Shown piece by piece: positions 40,315-48,688 of a stretch of 64,000 nt of DNA. Below the pieces are notes generated by a model. That model did not search any database. It was not told where the DNA came from and saw only the letters and a program-made list of their open reading frames with translations. Origin of the DNA: Acholeplasma sp. (GTDB lineage Bacteria; Bacillota_I; Bacilli_A; Acholeplasmatales; UBA5453); assembly GCA_036677365.1 (NCBI GenBank), contig JAVBWN010000025.1:14301-78300 (forward strand), read 5' to 3'. Each line of letters begins with the position of its first letter. The stretch's first letter is position 1. Position numbers and translations under genes: made by a program.

Positions 40315-40911
40315 TTATAAGAAGTTAGGAATTTGAAAATTCTTTGAAATTGTACCTGCATGAATACCATGTATAATAAGGTTTTCTGACTGTGCTTTTG
40401 TAAAGTTAAACATTTCATCAAGAATAAAGAAACAACCTCCGCCATCTATGTTGTAAAATATCTTAGAGACATAATGCCGGTTATAGTAGGAAAAGAGCAT
40501 CACTTGATTCTTGTGATAGGTTTGAGTGCGCCAGAAGAAGTCAATTCTATGCTCGCTATATCTCACCAGGATGACATCATCGTTCTCTGCATTGATATTA
40601 TAAGGCAGGACTTGCTTGAGTTCATTATCTACCATCTCGTAGGTCCTAAATGCAAGCGTGTGACTAATCCTGTTCGAGAATGGATTACCGGTTATGTGAT
40701 CAATCGAAACACCATAGAACTGTGATAGCTTAATTAAATCGTGTATTCCAATCTCCCTGGAGCCATTCTCGTAATTGAGATAGCCTTGGCGGGATTTTTT
40801 TATGACGCTAGCTACCTGGGTTGTTGATAAGTTGTGTGAGACACGTAAACGCTTCAAATTCTCACAGATGAACAAATTATTAAAATCATCTTCGGTGTTT
40901 AATTTAACCAT
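40315..40911 (-). CDS. XRE-family (CI-like) repressor
   Basis: HTH 'NLKRLRVSHNLSTTQVASVIKKSRQGYLNYENGSRE..LSQFYGVSIDHI'; divergent from the cro-like gene. Confidence 0.85.
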   Translation of the reverse strand: MVKLNTEDDFNNLFICENLKRLRVSHNLSTTQVASVIKKSRQGYLNYENGSREIGIHDLIKLSQFYGVSIDHITGNPFSNRISHTLAFRTYEMVDNELKQVLPYNINAENDDVILVRYSEHRIDFFWRTQTYHKNQVMLFSYYNRHYVSKIFYNIDGGGCFFILDEMFNFTKAQSENLIIHGIHAGTISKNFQIPNFL

Positions 40912-40948
40912 GGAGGTCACCTCTTCACATTCGTATATTTTCGCAAGA

Positions 40949-41109
40949 ATGATACCACAACAAATGTTTACAAGTCAATGTTACTGATGACATTAACTAT
41001 CAATTTAATCGTAAAAATGAGGGTTTTCTGCTATTTGAAAACTCTTTTTGTTGCTGTTGTGATTTCGCTTCTCCAAGTTATTTTTTGACGGATTGCTTTC
41101 TCATATAAT
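40949..41109. promoter_or_regulatory. divergent cI/cro control region
   Basis: Minus-strand TTGACT-18-TATCAT with extended TG (40978-40949); plus-strand TATAAT at 41104; near-palindrome AATGTTA-CTGA-TGACATT at about 40977-40994. Confidence 0.55.
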
Positions 41110-41146
41110 CAAGGCACCATCGAAATTGACGAAAGGAGGAAAGCAC

Positions 41147-41440
41147 ATGCCTGTCAACGGAACAGGGAAGGTTCAAAATCGCGACCATGCCACACCACTA
41201 CCAAGGTTTTATCTGATCGAACACAGAAACAATCTGGGTTTATCGGTTGAAGAAGTATCAAGGATGTTAAATCTCTCGCACTATTACTATTACCAAATAG
41301 AAAGTGGTCGAAGGGGTCAAAAACTACCGATTCCACTCGTGTTAGAACTTATAAATGTTCTACAGATCGATGCGATCAAATTTCTAGAACTAGAAAGTGA
41401 ACATGTAAAGAAACATAACGAATTCAATCGGATGAAGTAA
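41147..41440 (+). CDS. Cro-like XRE HTH protein
   Basis: 'HRNNLGLSVEEVSRMLNLSHYYYYQIESGRR'. Start at ATG 41147 after AGGAGG. Confidence 0.85.
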   Translation: MPVNGTGKVQNRDHATPLPRFYLIEHRNNLGLSVEEVSRMLNLSHYYYYQIESGRRGQKLPIPLVLELINVLQIDAIKFLELESEHVKKHNEFNRMK

Positions 41441-41506
41441 AAAAAGACGCCAAGCTTGTATTTGGGGTACAAACCTGGCCAGTAGAAAAGCGACCGCCAT
41501 TCTACA
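41439..41506 (-). ncRNA. candidate antisense sRNA
   Basis: Minus-strand TTGTTA-16-TATAAT (41540-41513), then a GUAGAA/UUCUAC hairpin and a 12-bp stem GCCAGGUUUGUA/UACAAGCUUGGC followed by U7. Confidence 0.5.
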
Positions 41507-41558
41507 ATTCCGATTATACAACTCATTTCAAAAATAACAAACCATTGAAAGGATAAAA

Positions 41559-42479
41559 ATGGACGACAAGGGCTTTTTTCGAGAGATTATCGATATTTAT
41601 ATCCAAAGATTCGATATCAAAGAAAACACCAAGCGTTCCTACGGGAAGATGCTTGCCCAGTTCGCTGAGTTCGTTGATGGCTTGCCTAACCTACCAACCA
41701 GGCAAGATGTCATGGCTTATCGTGAACAACTAAAGTCCAGGCTAAGAGCTGCATCCGTTCAAAAACACATTGTAGTCATAAGGGGATTTTATCGATGGTA
41801 CTACATTGAAGGATTTGGACCCAATGCAGCTGAAGGTGTAAAAGGTATGAAGATTGAATCCGACTTTAAGAGAGAATCATTATCTCTTGAAGCGGCTATT
41901 AAACTATTAAACAGAGCTAAACGCTATGCGAGTAAGAGCATCATTGGAAAAAGAGATCATGCTCTGATCGCACTATTATTAACAACCGGATTAAGAACGA
42001 TTGAAGTGGAAAGAGCAGATGTGGATGATATCAGCTTCGTGGATGAAACCAAGGTGTTATACATCATGGGTAAAGGTCACGATGAGAAGGATGCGTATGT
42101 CAAACTCTCTCCAGAAGTGTATGGCTTGATTGAAGAATATTTGATCGAGCGACAAGATGAATATAAACCACTCTTCATTAATCATACGAAACCCTATCAG
42201 GGAACAAGACTAAGAACACGAATGATTAGTATGGTGGTTAAAGAAATGCTCAGAGATATCGGGATCGATGATCCCAAGTATTCTGCCCATAGCCTTAGGC
42301 ATACAGCAGCTTCTTTAGCGCTGGACTTGGGTGGAGATTTAGATGCAGCACAGCAATTAATGCGCCATAAAGACATATCTACCACGAAGATTTATGCTCA
42401 CCGATTGAGCAAAGCTAAGAATCATCTTGAGTGGCAGATAAGCACAGCGCTATTCCAAACTACCAAAAAGAAAAAGTGA
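41559..42479 (+). CDS. tyrosine recombinase (XerC/D-like)
   Basis: Catalytic set intact: 'TGLRTIE', 'GKG', 'HSLRH' and 'RHKDISTTKIY'. Confidence 0.93.
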   Translation: MDDKGFFREIIDIYIQRFDIKENTKRSYGKMLAQFAEFVDGLPNLPTRQDVMAYREQLKSRLRAASVQKHIVVIRGFYRWYYIEGFGPNAAEGVKGMKIESDFKRESLSLEAAIKLLNRAKRYASKSIIGKRDHALIALLLTTGLRTIEVERADVDDISFVDETKVLYIMGKGHDEKDAYVKLSPEVYGLIEEYLIERQDEYKPLFINHTKPYQGTRLRTRMISMVVKEMLRDIGIDDPKYSAHSLRHTAASLALDLGGDLDAAQQLMRHKDISTTKIYAHRLSKAKNHLEWQISTALFQTTKKKK

Positions 42480-42490
42480 AGGGAAAACCT

Positions 42491-43234
42491 ATGATTAGAG
42501 AGTTTGAACACAATGCCTATGGCAAAGTTCGTGCCACGATAGTGGATGACGAACCTTGCTTCAACCTGAAGGATCTCTGTCGCATGTTTGAGATTAAAAG
42601 CGTATCAGAAGTCCGGACCAAACTGAACGACACCAGTATTAAGCTTGTGAGCGTTCCCCACGATAAAACACATCAAAATATGTTCTTTGTTACCGCAGAC
42701 CACCTATCTACCATATTCTTCCAATCCAAGCGCAAAGACGCAGAAGTGATTGGTGATTGGTTGTATCGAACTGTATTACCTCAGCTCATCCGTTATGGCA
42801 TCTATCAGATAGAGGATTTTGAGAATCCAGATAAGGTAATCGAGTTCCTGGATGAGTTTCAAGAATTGAAAGTAAGAGCAAACGTCCTAGAGACCACACT
42901 CAAAATGAATACTCCAAAGATTAAAGCTATTGATAACTTATTAGGCACGACGAGTTGTGTGGATCTAGATATGGTTCATGAAGTGATTCGCTTCAAAAAT
43001 ATCGGTCGTGACGTCCTACTAAAGATTCTAAGAACTGCACATGTTTTAGATGAGCAGAACATACCGTTTCAAGACTTTTGTGATAAGAAGTATTTCAGAG
43101 TTGTTGAAGCGAAAGTGGTATCGGGTGGAACTGTTATCAAGTCAACCAAAACATACGTCTATAAAGGCGGAATTACATTCATCGAAAGGATCCTAAAAGA
43201 ATACGATGGAAACAAACAACGGAAAGAAAAATGA
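42491..43234 (+). CDS. BRO-N / KilA-C phage antirepressor
   Basis: BRO-N 'GKVRATIVDDEPCFNLKDLC' and 'WLYRTVLPQLIRYGIY'; C-terminal ANT/KilAC-like 'KTYVYKGGITFI'. Confidence 0.85.
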   Translation: MIREFEHNAYGKVRATIVDDEPCFNLKDLCRMFEIKSVSEVRTKLNDTSIKLVSVPHDKTHQNMFFVTADHLSTIFFQSKRKDAEVIGDWLYRTVLPQLIRYGIYQIEDFENPDKVIEFLDEFQELKVRANVLETTLKMNTPKIKAIDNLLGTTSCVDLDMVHEVIRFKNIGRDVLLKILRTAHVLDEQNIPFQDFCDKKYFRVVEAKVVSGGTVIKSTKTYVYKGGITFIERILKEYDGNKQRKEK

Positions 43235-43397
43235 GAATGTCTATAACATCAATGAGCTTCAAGAGATACTCCAAGTCAAAAGACCGACACTTTTAAAGTA
43301 TATCAAGACTAAGAAAATCAAAGCTTTCAAGGTTGGGAACCAATGGCGAGTCACTCAAGAACACTTAGATGAATTCATTCAAAGAAACATGAAGTAG
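43206..43397 (+). CDS. excisionase-like HTH_17 protein
   Basis: 'YNINELQEILQVKRPTLLKYIKTKKIKAFKVGNQWRVTQEHLDEFI'. Confidence 0.88.
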   Translation: METNNGKKNENVYNINELQEILQVKRPTLLKYIKTKKIKAFKVGNQWRVTQEHLDEFIQRNMK

Positions 43398-43424
43398 AGA
43401 CAACTGTTAGCTGCTTCACACTTA

Positions 43425-43510
43425 CCGATAATGCTTGTGAACAGTAATGTGAACTACACAACAAGTTACTGCGAACAATGTATCAAGTATGCGTGAAGTG
43501 GCTTTCAAGT
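43425..43510 (+). repeat. 86-bp element with 11-bp periodicity, copy 1
   Basis: Aligns without gaps to 52362-52447 (63/86 identical; first 25 bp 24/25). Confidence 0.85.
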
Positions 43511-43571
43511 GTCATTTAGTAAAAGCCCTTATTGGGCGATTTTTAACTATACCTAGGGAAAGGAATAACTC

Positions 43572-44495
43572 ATGGCACGACCATTCAAACAAGGCTTACA
43601 ATACTTTCCTCTCGACGTGAATATTTTTGAAGATGAAAAGATACAGGATCTTAATCTCGCTTTTGGTTATTTAGGTGAAATCATCTATATTAGATTGCTC
43701 TCGATGATATACGCTAATGGATATTATTTGGAAAAATCAATCGCTTCACTCGCAAGAACGCTCATGAAAAGCATCGGAGCGAACTGGACACCAAACCCAA
43801 TCGACATCGAAGAGGTCATTGTCTATTGTGGGAAAGTGGGTTTATTTAACTTCGATCTGCTTAAAGAAGATGTGATCACATCAAAATCAATTCAAAAACA
43901 GTTCATTTTATCTACCAGAAGAAGAAAGAATAACGGTCAGGATAAATACTGGTTACTGGATGAAAAAACGATGTTGGAACTCAGTATTTTTAACAAAACA
44001 TCGAAAAACATTAATGTAGACAATAATGGGGTTATTGATAACACTAATAGCGTTATTGGTAGCAATAATCATGTTAATGTAGACAATAATCGAGTTAATG
44101 TCGACAAAAGTACACAAAAGGAAAAAGAAAAGAAAAAAGAAAGAAAAATTGATAAAGAGGATAAAGAAGATAAAGGGCCGTACGGCCTCCCTAAATTACA
44201 TTTTATTACCAATTCTTTAATCAAAAACAAATACATCGATGAGTCATCACTAGATATCATCAAATTTAACATCTTGTTTGAAGATTTAATCCATGGGTAT
44301 GGTTTCGAAGATGTCTTATCAGCTGTAGACTATGTGGTTAAGTATTCTAAAAACCCTAATCCACCAATTGAGGATAAGTTCGCTTTCATGAGAGAGTCAG
44401 TTCAAACAAATTTGAAGCAATTTGAATACAGGAGGAAAACAGCTAATGAGTCATTCGAATCGTGGATTAAACGAACCCTTTTACAAGTGGATTGA
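43572..44495 (+). CDS. phage replication initiator (DUF4373 / Lin1244-like N-terminus)
   Basis: 'MARPFKQGLQYFPLDV.IFEDEKI', 'GLF..LLKEDVITSKSIQKQF' and a low-complexity linker. Confidence 0.82.
   Translation: MARPFKQGLQYFPLDVNIFEDEKIQDLNLAFGYLGEIIYIRLLSMIYANGYYLEKSIASLARTLMKSIGANWTPNPIDIEEVIVYCGKVGLFNFDLLKEDVITSKSIQKQFILSTRRRKNNGQDKYWLLDEKTMLELSIFNKTSKNINVDNNGVIDNTNSVIGSNNHVNVDNNRVNVDKSTQKEKEKKKERKIDKEDKEDKGPYGLPKLHFITNSLIKNKYIDESSLDIIKFNILFEDLIHGYGFEDVLSAVDYVVKYSKNPNPPIEDKFAFMRESVQTNLKQFEYRRKTANESFESWIKRTLLQVD
44010..44114 (+). repeat. five tandem 21-bp iteron-like repeats (putative phage origin)
   Basis: Consensus close to GTTAATGTAGACAATAATNNN at 44010, 44031, 44052, 44073 and 44094, followed by an A-rich tract. 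Confidence 0.75.
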
Positions 44496-44877
44496 TGATG
44501 TAAGAAGGGCAATGAGAAAAGAAAAAGAACTCCAGGAAAAACTAGAATTCTATAATATGAAGCTTATTGGGTACAAGGGAGTATCTTATGATTTTATTGG
44601 ATCTTCTGGTTCACGTTCATCTGGTGATAGTGAATTGTTGTTTTGGTTGGATAAGATAGTAATAATAGAAAATCAAATAAGACAAGCTAATCAAAAACTA
44701 TCGGAGTATAAACTGGTAATTAAGAAACTAAATGATATTCAGAAAACTGTTCTAGAATCCATCATCAACAATCAATGGATAGAGAAGATAAAGATTGAAA
44801 TAAAACAAAGTAGAAGTCGAGTTTATCAAATAATAGATGAAATTGTAATAAGTTGGAAAAACCAAAATAATCAGTAA
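44446..44877 (+). CDS. RinA/ArpU-like transcriptional regulator
   Basis: Coiled N-terminus, 'GVSYD..GSS' linker and sigma-4-like C-terminal HTH 'KQSRSRVYQIIDE'; located at the end of the early region. Confidence 0.6.
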   Translation: MSHSNRGLNEPFYKWIDDVRRAMRKEKELQEKLEFYNMKLIGYKGVSYDFIGSSGSRSSGDSELLFWLDKIVIIENQIRQANQKLSEYKLVIKKLNDIQKTVLESIINNQWIEKIKIEIKQSRSRVYQIIDEIVISWKNQNNQ

Positions 44878-44922
44878 ATCTCATGCCAGTATCCACGCAA
44901 ATACTGAAGAGGAGATTTATGA

Positions 44923-46017
44923 ATGTTAAAAGTTGTTGAATTATTTGCTGGAATTGGCGCTCAAGCTCAAGCTCTTAAAGATGCCAATATTGAGCACGAA
45001 ATAGTTGCGATTAGTGAAATAGATAAGTACGCATTAAAAGTTTATGAAGCTTTGCATGGAAAGCCTAACAACCTAGGGAATATTAAAGAGATCGAGGTAT
45101 TACCCACAGCTGATTTATGGACTTATTCATTTCCTTGTACTGATATATCGTTGGCTGGTCAAATGAGGGGGTTTGATCGTGATTCTGATACTGGTAGTAG
45201 TCTATTGTGGGAAGTTGAAAGATTAATAAATAATGCAGCAATCAAAGGTAATCTACCTAAATATCTACTTATGGAAAACGTAAAAAACCTTGTAAGCAAG
45301 AGGTTCATAGGATTATTTAATGAATGGAAATCATTTCTTGAGTCACATGGATATAGAAATTACTATCAAGTTCTCAACGCTAAAGATTATGGTATCCCTC
45401 AAAATAGAGAGAGAGTGTTTATGGTCAGTACACTTGATACCAAGAACTATATTTTTCCAACAAAGATAAAACTTGAAAACAAGTTAAATGATTATTTGGA
45501 AAAGCATGTTTCAGAAAAGTATTTTTTGAGCGAAAGACTTATTAGAAATCTTTCGGATACAAATGATCGTAATGGATTCATTCGAGGGAATAGATTTCGA
45601 TTACATGATGAAAATAGTGAATATGCTTACACAATTAGCACATGCCCTGGTAGTAGAGCAACTGATAACTTCATCATGGTTCCTCAAAAGACAAAACAAG
45701 GATATGCATTGGCTCATGTTGGAGATGGTATATACACCAATAGAACGCACCAAAAAAGAGGAGTTGTTCAAAAAAATATGATTCCAACACTCAAAACATC
45801 GCCAAATGACATAGGAGTAGTTGTTGATAAAGATGATCTAATATCAATTAGGAGACTGACACCTAGAGAGTGTTGGAGGTTGATGGGGTGGAATGACAAC
45901 TGTATTGATGTAGTACTTTCATCTGGAACATCGGATACACAACTATATAAAATGGCAGGAAACAGTATAGTGATTAGCTGCTTACAAAACTTGCTAATTA
46001 TGTTAATGAGAATTTAG
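44923..46017 (+). CDS. phage C5-cytosine DNA methyltransferase
   Basis: 'ELFAGIG', 'SFPCTDIS', 'MENV', 'PQNRERVF', 'RRLTPREC' and 'AGNSI'. Confidence 0.95.
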   Translation: MLKVVELFAGIGAQAQALKDANIEHEIVAISEIDKYALKVYEALHGKPNNLGNIKEIEVLPTADLWTYSFPCTDISLAGQMRGFDRDSDTGSSLLWEVERLINNAAIKGNLPKYLLMENVKNLVSKRFIGLFNEWKSFLESHGYRNYYQVLNAKDYGIPQNRERVFMVSTLDTKNYIFPTKIKLENKLNDYLEKHVSEKYFLSERLIRNLSDTNDRNGFIRGNRFRLHDENSEYAYTISTCPGSRATDNFIMVPQKTKQGYALAHVGDGIYTNRTHQKRGVVQKNMIPTLKTSPNDIGVVVDKDDLISIRRLTPRECWRLMGWNDNCIDVVLSSGTSDTQLYKMAGNSIVISCLQNLLIMLMRI

Positions 46018-46121
46018 AGTGGACAGTTTGGCTAGGAGGCTTTAAAGTTTTTTATAAATGTGGTATAATCGTAAAAAGTATATTATGTTTATAATATTCA
46101 GTGAGAAAGGGGTAAATTCTT

Positions 46122-47585
46122 ATGAAATTTGATTTAGGACAAGTGTTTACTCCAGAGATTATAGCTAAATATATGGTATCGTTACTTACTGCTAATAAAA
46201 ATTCATTTGTGCTTGATCCTTGTTTTGGTCATGGAGTCTTTATTTCCGAACTCATGCATATCGGATATAATGCTATAACTGGATATGAAATTGATCCAAC
46301 ACTATACGAAAAATTTAATGAAGTAATCTCCAGGTCAAGTAATCATATTCGTCTATATAACATGGATTTTTTAAGTATAAACGATCAATCTCATTATGAT
46401 GCAATTGTCATGAACCCACCATATGTACGGCAGGAAAAAATCAACAATCTTGATCATTTTGGCATAAATAAAGATAAATTACTTTCAGATAGTTTATTTA
46501 AAGGCTTAAAAAAGACTTCAAATTTGTATATGTATTTTATACTCAAAGCTATAGACTTATTAAGAGATAAAGGCGAATTGATTGCGATATTTCCAAGCAC
46601 TTGGATGGATGATCGAGGAAATCATTATTTTTATAGTGAAGTTACAAAATCCGCATCCATTAGAAGCATTACTAATGTTAAAGGTTTTGTATTTGGAAAA
46701 GAATATACAGTTGGTGTGTCAATAGTCAAAATTGTTAAGGAGTTAGTAAGTTATACACCTATAATTTCTAGTATAAAGTCTGTTAATGGAGAAATTGTTG
46801 AATTTGAAGAAGTCAAAGCTATAGATTTATCTAATCTAAATCATATTGCACTAAACAAAATAGCCATTATTACCCGAGGAATCACAACAGGGTACAATGA
46901 TTTTTATTTTAAATCTCAGATTAGCGACTCAAGATTATTGAAAGAAATGATAACTTCATCTAAAAGTATTACTGGATATTCTACACTTGATGCAAAAAAA
47001 GATAAATTCTTAGGTTTGAGTGATCCGGAATCTATTGAAGTTAAGAAGTATATTGAAAATACTATAAAAACAGTAATGAATGATAAAACACCTAAAACAA
47101 TATATAATATGATATCCAAAGGTGTTAATTGGCCCAATTTTGGTATCTTTGATAAGCAATGCTCTGGGATTATATTTAATTATATGATAAGAGAAAATAT
47201 GAAATTTATACTTAATGACGATTGCTTAGTAAGAGACAATTTTTATATCATTAAACCAAAACATAACAAGTTCTTAATTTTGACACTTTTAAATAACCAT
47301 TTTACATATTATAGATTAGAAAAAAGTGGTAAATTCTATGGTGGAGGCATGTTGAAATTACAAAAATATGATATTAGTGAATTATGTATCGTAAATCCAG
47401 ACATAATATCCGTAAAAGACACTAATAAATTATCAAAATTAGGTTTACAACTTATCAATATAGGTGAACAAGAAATAATTGATGAGATAACTTCAATATT
47501 GTCCAAGTATGAAGCTTTGTCTGCTATAATTATAAAGGAAGAATTGCAAAAGATTAAAAATGAGAGACTAAAAAGCGGGGTGTAA
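46122..47585 (+). CDS. amino (N6-adenine) DNA methyltransferase, Eco57I-like
   Basis: 'GQVFTP', 'LDPCFGHGVF', 'MNPPYVR' and 'NLYMYF'; own TGGTATAAT promoter upstream. Confidence 0.9.
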   Translation: MKFDLGQVFTPEIIAKYMVSLLTANKNSFVLDPCFGHGVFISELMHIGYNAITGYEIDPTLYEKFNEVISRSSNHIRLYNMDFLSINDQSHYDAIVMNPPYVRQEKINNLDHFGINKDKLLSDSLFKGLKKTSNLYMYFILKAIDLLRDKGELIAIFPSTWMDDRGNHYFYSEVTKSASIRSITNVKGFVFGKEYTVGVSIVKIVKELVSYTPIISSIKSVNGEIVEFEEVKAIDLSNLNHIALNKIAIITRGITTGYNDFYFKSQISDSRLLKEMITSSKSITGYSTLDAKKDKFLGLSDPESIEVKKYIENTIKTVMNDKTPKTIYNMISKGVNWPNFGIFDKQCSGIIFNYMIRENMKFILNDDCLVRDNFYIIKPKHNKFLILTLLNNHFTYYRLEKSGKFYGGGMLKLQKYDISELCIVNPDIISVKDTNKLSKLGLQLINIGEQEIIDEITSILSKYEALSAIIIKEELQKIKNERLKSGV

Positions 47586-47587
47586 TA

Positions 47588-48688
47588 ATGAAATTTTCTG
47601 TAGTAAGCTTATTTTCAGGTGGCGGAGGTCTTGACCTTGGTTTTAAATCGAATGATTTCAGCCTTATTTGGGCTTCTGACATTGATAAAAACGCTGTTGA
47701 AACATATAAATATAATATTGGAGATCATATACACCACGCAGATATTAATAATTATCCTATTGGTCAAATACCACATGCTGATGTTTTAATTGGTGGACCA
47801 CCATGTCAGTCTTTCTCACTTATTGGGAAAAGAAATGTCAATGATGATAGAGGAAAGTTAGTGTGGAAATATCTCGAAATATTAAAACATGTTAATCCAT
47901 ATTTTTTCGTTTTTGAGAATGTTACGGGTATTTTATCTGCAAAAGACAGTGATGGAAAAAAGGTACTTGATTCATTATTAGAGGAATTCAATGAACTTGG
48001 TTATGTTGTTAAATGGAATGTTATTAATGCAGCCGATTATGGAGTTCCACAAAGACGAAAGAGAGTCTTAGTTGTTGGTTCCAAATTGGGAGATTTCAAT
48101 TTTCCGAGTCAAACACATTCTATTGATGGGATAATATTACCTAAATATGTGTCAGTTTTAGAAGCGTTAGGAGATTTACCTATAGCAACAGTTAATAGTA
48201 AATCTCAAGAGTATAATCAGAAACCACTTAATAGTTACCAAAAACGTATTCGCGGTCATGCGAAAATAGTTACTGATCATAGTATTCCCACAACAAGTTC
48301 ATTAGATGAGTATATTATTCAACATGTTAAACCAGGTGGAAACTATATGGATATACCTAAAGATGTTGCTTCAGTTCGAATAAAAAGACTACAAGAACAA
48401 GGTGGACACACAACCTGTTATGGTAGACTTCATCCAAATGAGCCAGCATACACGATAAACACGTACTTTAATAGACCCAATGTCGGTTGTAATATACACT
48501 ACAGTTACAATAGATTAATAACTGTACGAGAAGCATTGCGCTTACAAGGGTTTCCCGATGATTATCAAATTATATCCTCTAGTAAGCAAGGAAAGAATTT
48601 AATTGTTGGGAATGCCGTACCTCCAATTTTGTCAGATGTTATTGCCAGACAAATCAAAAAGCATCTTGAGGCTAATTTATGTGGATAA
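47588..48688 (+). CDS. C5-cytosine DNA methyltransferase of the R-M cluster
   Basis: 'SLFSGGGG', 'GGPPCQSFS', 'FENV', 'PQRRKR' and 'VGNAVPP'. Confidence 0.95.
   Translation: MKFSVVSLFSGGGGLDLGFKSNDFSLIWASDIDKNAVETYKYNIGDHIHHADINNYPIGQIPHADVLIGGPPCQSFSLIGKRNVNDDRGKLVWKYLEILKHVNPYFFVFENVTGILSAKDSDGKKVLDSLLEEFNELGYVVKWNVINAADYGVPQRRKRVLVVGSKLGDFNFPSQTHSIDGIILPKYVSVLEALGDLPIATVNSKSQEYNQKPLNSYQKRIRGHAKIVTDHSIPTTSSLDEYIIQHVKPGGNYMDIPKDVASVRIKRLQEQGGHTTCYGRLHPNEPAYTINTYFNRPNVGCNIHYSYNRLITVREALRLQGFPDDYQIISSSKQGKNLIVGNAVPPILSDVIARQIKKHLEANLCG

Noticed and set aside
43425..44114. Repeat arrays as a possible CRISPR array
   Set aside because: Units are 11 or 21 bp, tandem and degenerate, with no unique spacers. 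No cas genes are present.
44880..44897. Third copy of the class-B box (CATGCCAGT)
   Set aside because: Only 9 bp match, the dyad is broken and no matching promoter spacing was found.
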